From Bigelowiella natans CCMP2755 (Eukaryota > Protista > Cercozoa), in NCBI GenBank assembly GCA_000320545.1, contig ADNK01001987.1:1-48558 (forward strand): a stretch of DNA of 48,558 nucleotides, in the 5' to 3' direction. This document shows, piece after piece, positions 1 to 12,890 of the stretch. The translations under genes were made by a program, and so were the position numbers. The notes beneath the pieces are model-generated. The model did no database searches. It worked only from the letters and a program-made list of their open reading frames with translations, and had not been told where the DNA came from. The number at the start of each line of letters is the position of its first letter. Positions within the stretch are counted from its first letter, which is position 1.

Positions 1-629
1 CCTCAACGCTCATCCTCCACATTTAAATAATCTACCCCCCCCAAGAGATGGAGTGAGTGAGAGTCTGCACAGACATTTTATGTAACCCCGAGCAATATTT
101 ACGATATGGCCCAGTGTTTCACGGCAAGCGATTTTTTTTTCATGTCAACGTCCTTTTCCCCCCCATGGTAATCCTCATGGGCCTTTCCACACCCCCCCTT
201 ATTCCCCTCCCCCCCGTCTTTGGTTGCCCTCCCTGGTGGTCACAAGCCATGACCCCCCCTTTGATAGTTCCTTCTTTTTTGGTGAACTTTTTCTTTTGAA
301 AGAGGTCCCGCTTAGTATCTGGTGACCTCCGAAGAGGGAGGAAAAAGAGAAAGAATTGGATGGGGGGGGGGGGGGGGTGGGAGAGAGAGAGGAGGAAGAG
401 AGGAGGAAGAGAAGAGAAAGAGAGGAGAAAGATTAATTGACTTGTTGGCGAAACTAAGGTTTGGCTTTTCCCATGGCTCGGAGTTGCATGCATAATAGCA
501 CACACACACTCACACACACACACACATGCTGTGGAAAATAACTAACAAGCAGCTGGAATAGCCCCCTTGCGTTCGGAGGCATCATTTGTTTGGATGCGGA
601 AAGGCCACGATTCGTGTGCAGGGAAAGCA

Positions 630-2402
630 TCAAGTGAAAGAGATAAATATATGCGGAGCAGCTCTGCCACTGTTCAAAGCTGAACTACTACTTTCCGATC
701 GCGAAGGCTGCTTCTTCTTCTTCTTCTTCTTTTTCTTCCCCTCGAGCTCCTCAGCGTCATCTTCCTCCCCATTTTCCTTCTCATCGTCTCCGCTACCACT
801 TCCATCCTTGCCGTTATTCACTTCGCCTGCCTATCGAGGGCGATGGGGGTAATGCACACATACGATGATGACGGTTGTGTTAGGAGGAAGAAGGAGTAAG
901 ATAGATAAACGGATTTATATGCTGTTATTGCCCAGTACTTTAACAAAAAAAGGAGCAAAGACGCGCAAACGATAACTTAAAAAGCAGAGAACACAACGCA
1001 CAAACATCCTAGCCCAAAACAAACTCCGAGAGAAATCGGAAATGCAACTAATTGCCGCAGGATCGTAAACAACAACAAAACAACACTTTTCTCTTCTTCT
1101 TCTTCGTTTCCTCTCTCCTTCGACGAGTGCACAAGTGGAATTAGGATAGATAGATGGATAGAAGAGGAAAATGCACAAAAAAGAGAAGAAAGGGGGTAGT
1201 ATTGAGTAGTCGGAGGAGAAATGACAACTGCACGCAAGATGATGCCTGTGATTGACAGGCTATCGTCGAGCTCAAAATAGAGGCAAGGAGTAGGATGCTG
1301 CTGCTGCTGCTACTACTACTACTACTACTACCGCTACTACTACTATTACTACTACTACTACTACTACTACGCACAATGGTGGTCACAAGGGAAGAGATCC
1401 CGCTCACAAACGTCATATAATGCCGAAATGCCCGCGTCGATCTGTTATATATAGTGGCATGCATACGAGGGGTGTGTGGGTGGGCGAAGAAGAGGAAAGG
1501 GGGAGGGGAGAAACGGCAAATCAGGCTATAGTTTACATTTTCATATTTATATAAATATGTATATTTATGCGTCATTCATGCGCAGAGAAGTTCTGAAAAC
1601 TCTCTTTTGCAGCATTGGTGGTATTATCGAATGGGGGGAGGAGGCTTGGAAGAAGGAGGGGCGGATAGATTAGTCTTTTTGATCGAAATGATGACGTACT
1701 TTGTCCCCCCCCCCCCCCCTCTCTCCGTACCTTGTGATCCTGCCGATGGGGCGTTTGATGGAGCGCGACAAGAACATTCCGTCCCATTGCGCCGCATGAT
1801 GAGCGTACTCTGTGCCCAACGTGTGGAGAAGATGCTCGCCAAACCTGTGAAACAACACACAGTTGAAACGAATGACAGATGCTGTGTTCTTCTAGAAATC
1901 AATCAATCAATCAATCAATCGATCAACAGCTCTCTCGATTCTCCTGCTGCTCCTCCTCCTCCTCCTCCTTCTTCTTCTTCTTCTTCTACTACTGCTACTA
2001 CTACTACTACATGCTTTCTTTGAGTTTTTCCGCTTCGTTCTTGATGTTGTCGATCCACACGTCGCCGTATAGGAAGTAGCCATCGAGCACTGATAATAAC
2101 AATAACAACAAACAACATGTGAGATGGTGATGATACCAAATTAAAGCTACTAAAAACGACGACGACGATGATGATGATGATGATGATGATGATGGGGGAA
2201 ACCACTCTCTGCAACATCAACCTCCAAACCATAGAAAATCATACAAATTAACAACACATCAGCGCCAGCAGTCGCTGTCGTCGTCGTCGTCGTCGTCGTC
2301 GTTGGCTCTCTCTCTTTCACAACTACTACTCACCTTTTGCCAGGTTCACAGCAAGTTCGACCTGGAATAATTATAATAATAACAACAATAATAATTAAGA
2401 GA

Positions 2403-2436
<34 letters not shown>

Positions 2437-3148
2437 CAACAGCAGCAGCAACCAGCACTCCTCAATCAAAAACATCGTTATGGGTCCTCTGCTTGATGAT
2501 GATGGTGGTATTTACTCTTCGCAACAATAACATCCCTTTCATGTATTCTATGCGCTTAAAAGACGACGACAACGATATACGATATACGATAACGAAGAGG
2601 AGAAATGATCCTCCTTTTCCTCCCCCTCCTCCTCCCTCGTGCATCTTTGCTTCTCTTCTTCTTCTTCATCATCATCATCATCTATTTCTACCTCTCTTTT
2701 CTTCTGAATGAATTTATCTGTGCTAGTGCCCGCTAGGTCGGGCTTGCCGTTCTCCAAGCCCGTTCCTGTAATAATAATACGTGATACAACATAATGCAAT
2801 CAAGAAAAGAAGAGAAGCGCAATTGAAACGAGCAGCAAACAACGCCAACGACCATCTGTACATAGTGAAAACACATGGGAGAGGGGGGAGCGAGGAACCT
2901 TCTTCTGTATGATTTGTCGAGAGCTCTTTCCAGAGCTTCATAGGATCCTTACCGAAAATAGAGGGCTGCATGCAAATGTACGTACATACGATGCAAAGAA
3001 GAAGAAGGAGAATAATAATAATAATAATAGTAACAATAACAAGAATAAGAACAGGTTGTTACAAGTGGGCTGCCCGTCGCTGTGTACATGCGAGGGAGGA
3101 AAGGGGAGGTGGTGAAGGGGGGAGGGAAAACAGGGGATATGGATGTTC

Positions 3149-3184
<36 letters not shown>

Positions 3185-4007
3185 GTACTACTGCTCGTGA
3201 GACATCAGATGACCTGTGGCTCTCCGATGTATTTTGTAAATTTCGCTCCGCCAAAAATAATCGCCAGCAGAACACCAATCTCAAGATCCAAGCTCTCCTG
3301 CTCCGGAACTTCTGTGAGTCCACGATGATTGTACTTGGTACGTTTGTCCTCCTTCGACAGCGTTTGGTAAGCTTGTACAACCTTCTTGAATTTAGCCTCG
3401 ACGGCACGCCGCTCCTGGTGGGGGGTGAGGTGGTAGAGAAGGAGGTGCCGAGACGATAATAATTAAAACAGCGCGAACACAGCAACTGGTGAGTAGCAGA
3501 AAACTACTTTTTCTTCTTCTTCTTCTCCTCCTACTTCTACAATTACTACTACTACTACTACTCTCGCGAGAGGAATATATAGAGGATGATGACAACAAGA
3601 ACTCCGTTGCAAGATGATGGCATCCAAGCAGCAGGGCCACACCTTTTCGGGTTTTGTTTTGAATCGGTCTGGATGCATCTTGATCGCCAGCTTGCGGTAG
3701 GAGCTCGTTATCGTCTCCGTCGAGGCGTTGATCGGCACCCCCAAGATGTCGTAGAAGGACGTGTCCTTGACGCTTGCCGTACGTGAGAAATCCCTTAGAT
3801 TCGCAGGGTCCTCATCCGCGATTCCAACCCTGTCTACGTGATGATGAGAGATTTTCATAAATACGCAAATCGTTATTGGTGAGCAAAAAGGGGGTGATTG
3901 GTTGTTTCATCGATATGCGAAGGCCCCCTCATCTAGTCACCACTGCTATATTCCACAACAGACTACAACTAGAACAACAGCTAATACCACTGGAAAACAC
4001 ACACACA

Positions 4008-4047
<40 letters not shown>

Positions 4048-5164
4048 AATGATGACAACGAGGACAACAGCTGAATATAAGCCAGACGCAGTGAACAGCG
4101 ACTACTTTCAATTCTTTCTCTTTCCTCTGCCTCTAGCTGGATCTCCATGGCCTCATCGGTGAGGTTATAGGGGCGAACAGACATGGCCAAATTCGAGCAG
4201 TACTTAGGGGTGTTGCTAACACCTGGAACGACGACGATGGCATTAATTATGATGATGATGATGATCATCATCATCATCATAATGATGGTGATAATGGCGA
4301 CGACTACAAATATCAGGGACGATCATATGCTGCAAGAAAACATTCAATATAACAACAGGAAACGCACCACAGGCGACGTATCTCCCGGCGTTGACAAAGC
4401 CAGCTGTCGCGCACAGCGAAGCGCCTACAGCCCCGGCGGCGCATCCAGCTACGAATCCTGCCAGGATTTTATTATCATAGCACCACCAGCAGGTTGAAAG
4501 GAGAACGGAGAAAAGGTAGCAGTCAAACACCACACTGTAAGCAGAGTTGATTGTGCATACAATTCGTTAAAATATCGTTTATACAACCATTTCACACCAA
4601 GAGAGAAATGGAACCCCGTGCATTTCTCTTGTTGTTATGATTTGTCATCGTCGTCGTCGTCATCATCATCAGTATCATTTATTATCACCTCCAGCCCCAC
4701 CCTGTACGGCACCAACGACAGGGTACACAGCCTACAATGCATGAAGCAACACGATTGTCAAGAGAGAATGGGACTCTGCAAGAAGAGCAATAACACACAC
4801 TCCTTTTCACATGACTCTCTCATCAAACAACATTGAATTAGTTCTTGCTCACCATGGTGATGGCGCCTTTCAGTACCCCTGTGGCTGCCGCCCCCGCCCC
4901 TCGGACGAAGCCGTTCACAAAGTTGCTCGGGGGTTTGTCGATGGGAGGGAGAAGCTCGGATCGCATCTCACGAAGAAGTTTCTCGAAGGACTGAACATGG
5001 AATTAAACGCCAACATATAAATACGTAGACGCAGAAAATACGCGAACGTGTGTCTACTGATGTGGGACGGGAGCAAGCAAGGATAAAGTGTTGAAGGAAT
5101 GACTTCGTTCACTTTGCAGGATGGACTATTGCATCAAAAGCATGTATGCGTGGTGTATAACTCA

Positions 5165-5198
<34 letters not shown>

Positions 5199-6027
5199 TC
5201 ATTCATTCATTCATTCATTCATTTTACCATGGTTTCATTTGACGCCTTCTCATCTTTATTGCTTTCCTTCGCCTTCTTATCTTTGCTGCTCGGTGTTGGT
5301 TGCGGATCATCGATGTCAAGGTCCATCATTTCTAGATCTCCCCCACGCAATCGATACAGCCTGAGCAAGAACGCGATTAGTCCTCTCAGCATGCACACGC
5401 GCAACGGGGGGGGGGCTGTGAGTTAGCTATAACATTGAGTTACGTAAAAAATTGTCAACACTTGAAGTAATTACACAACGTCAGGTCAGATATAAAATCT
5501 CAATATTGTTGAAGGTTGTAGGGTGGAAGAGCGAAGCAGCAATCTGTCGGGACTGCGCGTGTGAGAGTACAGAATGACATTCTTCTTTTTACTGCCTGTT
5601 CGTACCTGTAAGCCGCTCGCTTCCTGGCATCTCCATCCCTTGCACCCCAATCACGTAGTGAATTCATTGAAAGTCTCCGTCGCATGGTAAATGTTGGTGT
5701 CTCATCCTCTAAGCAGGATATGCCCGTGGAAGATGCAGATTCAAAGCTTGATCCGTATCGTTCCTGCAAGAGCAATAACAAACAACAGACGCCTCCGTTA
5801 TCTTGCACTCCAAGGTTTATGAACCGTTTCCAAAAACACCTAATGATAAAAGAAACACCCGCTGCTGTCACCCCACTCCCTCCCCTTGCTACCTGTGGCC
5901 TCTGAGCGCTTGAGGTTATAAACGCAAAAGCGAAGATCACAGCTGCGAGAAGCACCATCAATGGCCTCGAGATTCTCCCGCCTCTCCAAGGACCTCCCCT
6001 TTTCCAGCCTCTTATATGGGCCACCAT
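630..6027 (-). CDS. J-domain (DnaJ) + DnaJ-X domain co-chaperone (Caj1/Djp1-like) with N-terminal signal-peptide-like leader; multi-exon, 3' end unresolved or truncated
   Basis: Spliced by eye: MVAHIRGW..LMVLLAAVIFAFAFITSSAQRPQ|ERYG..KRAAYR|LYRLRGGDLEMMD..|SFEKLLREM..FVNGFVRGAGAAATGVLKGAITM|AVYPVVGAVQGGAG|GFVAGCAAG..|GVSNTPKY..|..FYDILGVPINASTETITSSYRKLAIKMHPDR (HPD motif)|ERRAVEAKFKKVVQAYQTLS..IFGGAKFTKYIGE|..QKKRE|VELAVNLAK|..EAEKLKESMFGEHLLHTLGTEY (DnaJ-X-type signature). The junctions used are GT-AG. Confidence 0.85.
1294..1371. repeat. Compound intronic microsatellite (TGC)n(TAC)n, representative of dozens of SSRs in the window
   Basis: Directly visible. Other examples: (GAT)n near 2166 and 2403; (TGC)n near 3149; (CA)n near 3997, 5167, 9236 and 32159; (CT)n near 8977 and 12204; (TA)n near 14865, 46056 and 46463; (GA)n near 34617, 36188 and 40274. 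Confidence 0.95.
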
Positions 6028-6498
6028 GGGGGGACGGGAGTTTTGAGTCCTTTGCTTCTCCCGAGCAGGGCGGGAATATGGATCTTGGATCGGGATCGAC
6101 GTCGACGCTTTTCCGGTTACAATCACTTAATAAGAGTGGTTGATTGCAGGCGGTTAATTAAATGAATCACATTCTCTACGAGCGACATGTAGAATTACCA
6201 TTCATGGTGGATCAAAAGCATAACCTTCAGCAAATAGTTGGCTCAAAGTATATCTTAGAAACTATGTATCTTTCCAACTGCAGAAACGATGGATGTTTTC
6301 GGGGCAAAAAGAGGCTCAAATTCCATCATGAAGCGGGAAGTTTCTTCGAATTCTTAATTAGGTTTAGTACAAATATTAACCTTAAAATATCATAAATCTC
6401 TTCTCCAGTTGCAGTTAATGGTTGCTTTGAAAATGGTTTCTTGTAATATATAAATCCTAAATATTATATAGATATATTCTGCTTGAATTTCATACATT

Positions 6499-7202
6499 TC
6501 ATCTGGACTCTGAGCAGCTACGCTGTTCGCTCCCCTCAGCTTCCAACCCCAGCCGTTGCTGCTCTGAGGGTAATTTTGCAGCTGCTGTCCTTTCATTGAT
6601 CTCCAGAGACTGGGATCCTTCAGTTGGCATATAAATTATTCGATATTCAGGAGAATAGATTTTCATGAAGGTTGGAAAGGGAAGGGGCAGACCTTCAAAG
6701 TCTGGGTTTGTCCCAGTCGGCCTAGGTTCGCTCATCCGAATAAAAGGACCCAGATGCACTCTTTCGACACCATTTACATCTTTCCCCATCAAGCAAAGAT
6801 ATATCAATGCCTGTAAATGTTTCCTATGGTATCGGATGGGTTAGATCGCCCTTAGCGCCTTGTCCAATTTTAGCCCTTTCTCATTCCCGAAAGTACCCTA
6901 GTGATAATCTGTATCTTCTTCGTCAGATTCTCCGCTTCCTTTCTATTTTTTTCTAATGATAACATAGATGACACTGATAGTCTTGGTGGAGCTGCGACAG
7001 TTAACCGTGGTGATGGTCAAGAAATGGGGTCGACTGCTGAGACCAAGGACTCCATTGGAGTAGAGTCGAGATCCCATCACAACGGTGCCGGGAAGAAAGG
7101 AAAGCACGGCAATACTAGCAACAAAAACTGGGAAGAAGCCAGGTATGGCAAATTACTCATTAAAAGAGAGACGGACTAGAAATCACTGATAGTCAGAGGC
7201 AT
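6499..7202 (-). CDS. Possible small spliced gene with hydrophobic N-terminus, hypothetical
   Basis: ATG CCT CTG ACT ATC A|gt..cccag|TT TTT GTT gives MPLTIIFVASIAVLSFLPGTVVMG (signal-peptide-like). Downstream ORF 6499..6807 is preceded by a tttacag acceptor. I could not link the exons unambiguously. Confidence 0.25.
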
Positions 7203-7331
7203 GTCATAGAACCAAGTTTGCTCGTTTTTTTACGTCGATTCTGCTTTGCGATTTCGCGAGGTCAATATCCGACTGTTCGACATTCCTTCAGCAATATGTT
7301 CCCTCGTTATCTCTTCTACTTTTGAGGAAGA

Positions 7332-8818
7332 ATGGAGAGCATATCGTTCCGGGAAGAAGGGGGTGGAGGGGGGCAATGTCGACCACATTTGATATTATAA
7401 TGTCTCTGGCTTATCAATCACACGGCAGCAATTGTAGCGAGAGATTCATCAAGGATTCGGTTGACATCTACTGATAAAAAAAATCGGATGGGGTTTATTC
7501 CTTTTTCATAGGAGCTCTAGTCCTCTTCCTGCGTGGAAAGAGTACTGCGAATTAGTGAGAGTGCTTGCGCCTCTCAGCACAGTTCAGGTACACAGTCTGA
7601 TGTTGGCCAGTACTTGTGCTCTTCACGTTGTCTTCATCGTCTCATCATTCGCTCACTTGTCGAGTGGTTAAGCAGAACTAGCGTATTGAAGAAAGATTTA
7701 ATGCTGAAAATAAAAATAAAAACTCGGATATCTAATCAATTGGAATGTTGGCTTTTAGTGATGATACCACGAGTGACATGCCGCCGCCTCGTGCAGCAGT
7801 GCAAATAACTAACACCAAAATCTTCATCCAAAAATATGCCATATTATTATTGTTCTCCCTTCGTACAAATAGCTTGGATCGGACATAGGCGAGCAGATTG
7901 TGAACACGGCCCTTTCACGCTCTTCAAATTCTTCCCCCGAGGTTAGGAATCAGGCAGAAAATACTCGGCGTTTCGGCCTAATGCGATGCGCAGTGAAGCA
8001 CTTTCACATTTCTGCATGATATACATGTTAATGAATTTCATATTTGGGCCTCATATGTGTAGGTTCTTGCTGCTTTCACCGCTGTTTACTTTTGGGCAAA
8101 GCTGATGAGCGGCTCGATATTCTTCCTTCGACCTCTAGCACTGGTGGGTGAGGAAAGGAAATAGACATATATTAAGTAGTACTCATCATCATCATCATCA
8201 TCACTAGCACTAGTGCATCATACCCACGTATGCACTTAGGTACCGGTGACGACCCGAAGGGATGTGTGGTTTGCCGTTCGACTTTACCTTGTTCTTGGTG
8301 GCTCATATAACTGCTCGCTGCTGCAGTCTAACCTTCTTTACACCATTGAGTGTTTACCGTGCCTGCTGTTGGATATTATCCCTCACATTAAATTATTATA
8401 GAATAAGATCCTCCGAATCCCCCCCCCCCTTTCTCCAACCTAACCAAAATTCTGATGCATATTTTCAGCGTCGCTGATGATCGCCTGCATACTGTCCTTT
8501 GCTTTTACTCCTGCGGGGGTCTTCCTCACAGGTAGAGCGTGCTCCGTGTACTACTACTGCATATCAGCTATTTGCTTGTAGAACCGAGTGTAGTATGCGT
8601 TGTGTTACGATGATGATGATGATGATTATGATGATTATAAATTATGATTTTCTGGTGGTGAAACAGGAATTCCCAACTATGTGATCGTTCGTAACGCCTT
8701 TGCTGCTATTTCAAGTACGACAAATCGCTCTTCACTGCCTTCTTCTTCTCCTTCTTCTTCTTCTTCTTCTGCTTCTTTCCATAAATAATATCCCAAATAC
8801 TCTACTGTGCTAACGTGC

Positions 8819-8849
<31 letters not shown>

Positions 8850-8974
8850 CACATGTCTGAATTTATATATTCACATCCTCATCTTCACCACCACCATCAT
8901 TATTAGTGCTTCCAGCGACGGATGGAGCTGTGAGGTTCTGCCAGGTCTTTCCCTCAGGAACTCAGATTATATCG

Positions 8975-9018
<44 letters not shown>

Positions 9019-9235
9019 CTTGTTCCCTCATAATAATAATAATAATAACAATAATCATCATCATCAACATCATCGTCGTCATCATCACCGTCAGGGACTC
9101 TTACTACGACGCCGCCTATCGCAATGGACAGCTGCCGCATCTGCCATGGACATACTCGGACAGGTTCTTCGAGCACGGAGTATCCGCATTATCATTTGCA
9201 TGTGTTAGTAGTAGTGCGTGTAGCAACATCACAAG

Positions 9236-9269
<34 letters not shown>

Positions 9270-9678
9270 CTTATCCGCTACTCACCTGATTAGAAGATAA
9301 ATCCTACGAACGTGCGATTGACAGGTAGTTGGAGCTGCTATCGTCCTTAATGTCAACATTCCCTCCGGGAACTTTCGCCTAGTCGCAGGTGAGAGAAGAA
9401 GACAACATTTATCCTTGAAAATTCTTCCCTCTCCGTTTTCCTCCGTTGTGATTGTAATTGCTCCTGCCATGCTGTTGATAGAAACTGAATTGTTCGGCGG
9501 CACTTAAAATACACAAGAATCTTACTACTACTATAACTATTACTACTACTACTACTACTACAACTTTGCTACCATCCAAATCGCTTCCTCACCAACATAA
9601 ACAACAGCAATATCGCCAATCTACGTGGGGCGTGCATTCAATATCACCACATTAGGTAGTAGTAGTGGTAGTAGTAGT

Positions 9679-9713
<35 letters not shown>

Positions 9714-10862
9714 TAGTCATCGTGGCAGTAGTAGTTGCAGCAGTAGTAGTAGTGGTAGTAAGGGTTTGTCCAATATCGACCCTCTAGTGATATATTGCTT
9801 CGACTTTGTTTACATATCGTCTCTTCAGCCGTTGGCCTGTGGAGAAACCCTCGGTTCTTGATCCGTCCTGCGCACGACAAGGGCGACGATGATGACGACG
9901 ATGATGATGCCGTAGATTGCGAAGACCACGACTGCTCCGATAATGCTGTTGAAGAAGAGCGAAGCAGCGAAAAGAAAGTAAAAAAATGCCATTGCTCATA
10001 TGTCAGTCATCTGTCACTATCTAGGACCTCTTTCTCATTAACCCCACCACTGAAGATCGTCGTAATCGCATGATTCAGAATGTGATTTTATTGAATATGC
10101 AGCAGGGTCTACACCTCGGAGCCCCCCCCTCTACGACACGGGACGAAGTTCATCATCCCGATGGTTTAGAAGGCAGGGAAGAGGACAAAGAGAGCAAAGA
10201 ACACGAACGGCTGCTGCATATACGTGGAGGGCAGCGGGATAATTGTAGCATAGAACTTCAGAATCTCAAAGGTAGATCTAAAAGGGAAGGGGGGGTGGGG
10301 ATAAGCGACTTGTAGAAGCGACGGCACGTCAATCGAGTCCACAATATTGTCTTCGTCTGAGTAAATCAACACTGACTATGAGGCGCACACTTGTTGTGCA
10401 TGCCGCCATGTAGCATCATCAATCTCGCCATCATCGCATTTCCTGAGAATTGAAGAGTGGTTCTATCTTCTTCATTTGCAGGGCGGAGGAACGACGACCA
10501 CGATGGTGAATGGCGCAACAACGATATAGTCAATGAAAGCAAGAAGAATGATGATGGTGGTGGTGGGGTAGGTTGGGATGATGATGAGGATGGTAATTAT
10601 GATGATGAGGGGGGCAATGATGAGGAAGTGGCAGCTGCTCCCCTCTCCTCCTCTGCCTCCTCCTCATCCCCTGAGCAGAGACGTGAGGGGGGGGTGCAAG
10701 GAGCTCCATTGACTATAGCTTCTGTGATAAAGTTTGCATGGCCCTTGGTATGCGAGTTGCTCTCCCCTCCCCCTCCTACCCTCTCCCCCTTCCATTCTTT
10801 AGAATCTCGCTTTCCTTGTTAGTTCCTTTTTTTGTTTTGTTTCTGTCTATAAGAGTGCATAC

Positions 10863-10896
<34 letters not shown>

Positions 10897-11356
10897 TTGT
10901 GTGTGTGTGTGTGTGTGTGTGCCTATTTAATCAATATATACATAGTGAAAGCTGCAAAGCATACGTGCAGTGATCCTATTCTCCTAATTTCGTTTGACAA
11001 CGTCATTTTCCTACAGGTACTCACGGACTTCGTTCAGAAGGCGTCGAGGCCGCTTGTAAACTCTTACATCGCGCACACACAGGGGTTCACACACCAACCT
11101 TTTCATCACAATTCTGTCAAAAAAAATTGATGTCAAAGATTAGAATATTCAATAGTGCGAAAACATAGGCGAATTTGGTCACAGCACGGTATTATTACCT
11201 ATATGTTGTTATCTCACCCCTTCAACTGATTTTATTGTTCGTCCTCCTCTTCTTCTCTTTTCTCCTTCTTCCCAGGCACGCAGCTGTAGCAGTCTTAGGC
11301 CTGATATATCCCATAGGTGGGCAGCAGCATCAAACACATGAATACTAGCATACGAT

Positions 11357-11392
<36 letters not shown>

Positions 11393-11676
11393 ATGGCGAG
11401 GCCAGAGTCTTAATGTAGCAGCAGGAAGACAAACGCATACCATATCTCTGAGTAGGCCATATGCCTTACGGTTGGATCAACGCGATGAAGTCAATGCACC
11501 CAGCGTATCTTGATCGTCCTCACATGCGAGAGAATCGGATTCCACGGTAATCATTTTGGAGGAGTGGGATATTTACATATATCATATCATATCATAAATG
11601 TTAATGCGTGCGCTTGGGTGCTGGAGGCCCTGAATGAACTATTCTGCTACCCTTATTCCCCTTTCAATTGTTATTG

Positions 11677-11707
<31 letters not shown>

Positions 11708-12202
11708 CCTCCCTCATGCCTGCAGGTTCACTATAATGGTGATACTATTCTCTGTAACCTGGGGCATAACAGCCACGCTGTCAGGACTCACCCTTGCTAT
11801 TCTTGAAAAAATCAGCAAGGTCGATACCACGGGGGGGGGGGGGGGAGACGTGTTCGGTCGGTCGGCATGTTGCTGCTGTATCACTATGAACGAGAACCCA
11901 AGTCGCCGTAGGGATTCCTATGAAAGCATCTTTGTTTTCCCTCCCAATCATTCCTACTGCATAATCTTCACCATTGGTCAGGTTGACCCTCAGCTTGCTC
12001 AAAGCTCTTTTGCTCCTCTTATGGTTGGTTCTCCTTACTACTTCACAGAGGGGGGTTGGGGGGGGGTTATTTCCTGCTGTGCGCGACATCATCAGCACCG
12101 TATCTCGAGCTTTACGCTTTGTTGTACTGTAGCTCCTTCTTCCTTCCTCCTTCGATTGCACCGCTAAGTCTTTTTGTCGTTGTCATCATCCTTTCATTGC
12201 TG

Positions 12203-12253
<51 letters not shown>

Positions 12254-12890
12254 TACACTCAGATATTTGCTTTCTTTGGGATTCCCGTCGGACTGCGCGC
12301 TTCGCTAACGGGACTATTGACTGCCGAGAAGGAGACCAAAGCGCTCACCTTCTCCGGTAGTATTTGTGGTGTTGATATCATAGTCGAATTAGGCGCTCAG
12401 ATGCGTCTCTGGGAGCACCCTAGTCCCTAATAATATGGCTTCATTCGCTGATGGTGCGCGTGGCGTGTTTTCTTCTTTGCCGTTTTCTTACGTGTTGTTT
12501 TTGTTGGTTACTATCTGCAGGCCTAGTCCGAATACCTGGTATCATAGTTGTGCTTATTTCCCTAAATGCTGCCGGCGTTAAAGGCGCGACTCTTGGCGTT
12601 GCAGGTGGTTATTGTCTGGCACGAATGAGCGCTCAGAAGATGGGTTTCCAAGATTATCGATTTGCCATTCTTTCTTTCCTTTTCTGTTTATTGTGGAAGA
12701 GATACGAGCGCTGATGTACACACAGTTTTTCCTCTCGATTTTCTCTTCCCAGTTGTAACACCCTGTGCACAATACACTTCGAATTCCACTAGGTTTATTC
12801 TCCGGATTTGCATGTCAGGCGGTGGGTGTTGTCGTTGGTATGATGTTTTGCACCAAAAATAGATCATTGCGAACTAGATTTTGTTTATAA
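7332..12890 (+). CDS. ANKH: ANKH / progressive ankylosis family multipass transporter (about 23 exons)
   Basis: Exons match the vertebrate ANKH sequence as I recall it, in order: YCELVRVLAPLSTVQ|LGSDIGEQIVN (cf. IDFGEQALN); GLLLRRRLSQWTAAASAMDILGQ (cf. [23 protein letters not shown]); KFAWPL|VLTDFVQKASRPLVN; AVAVLGLIYPIGHMPYGWIN at about 11276-11481 (cf. [20 protein letters not shown]); IFAFFGIPVGLRASLTG; GVKGATLGVAGLFSGF. Stop TAA at 12888-12890. The start exon is uncertain. Confidence 0.9.

Noticed and set aside
1-380. C-run-rich start and its ORFs
   Set aside because: It looks like low-quality contig-end sequence beyond a poly-G tract, and no coherent exon could be recovered.
1141-3460. 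ORFs with poly-S, M, I, H, C or L runs here and throughout the window
   Set aside because: Translations of intronic microsatellites.
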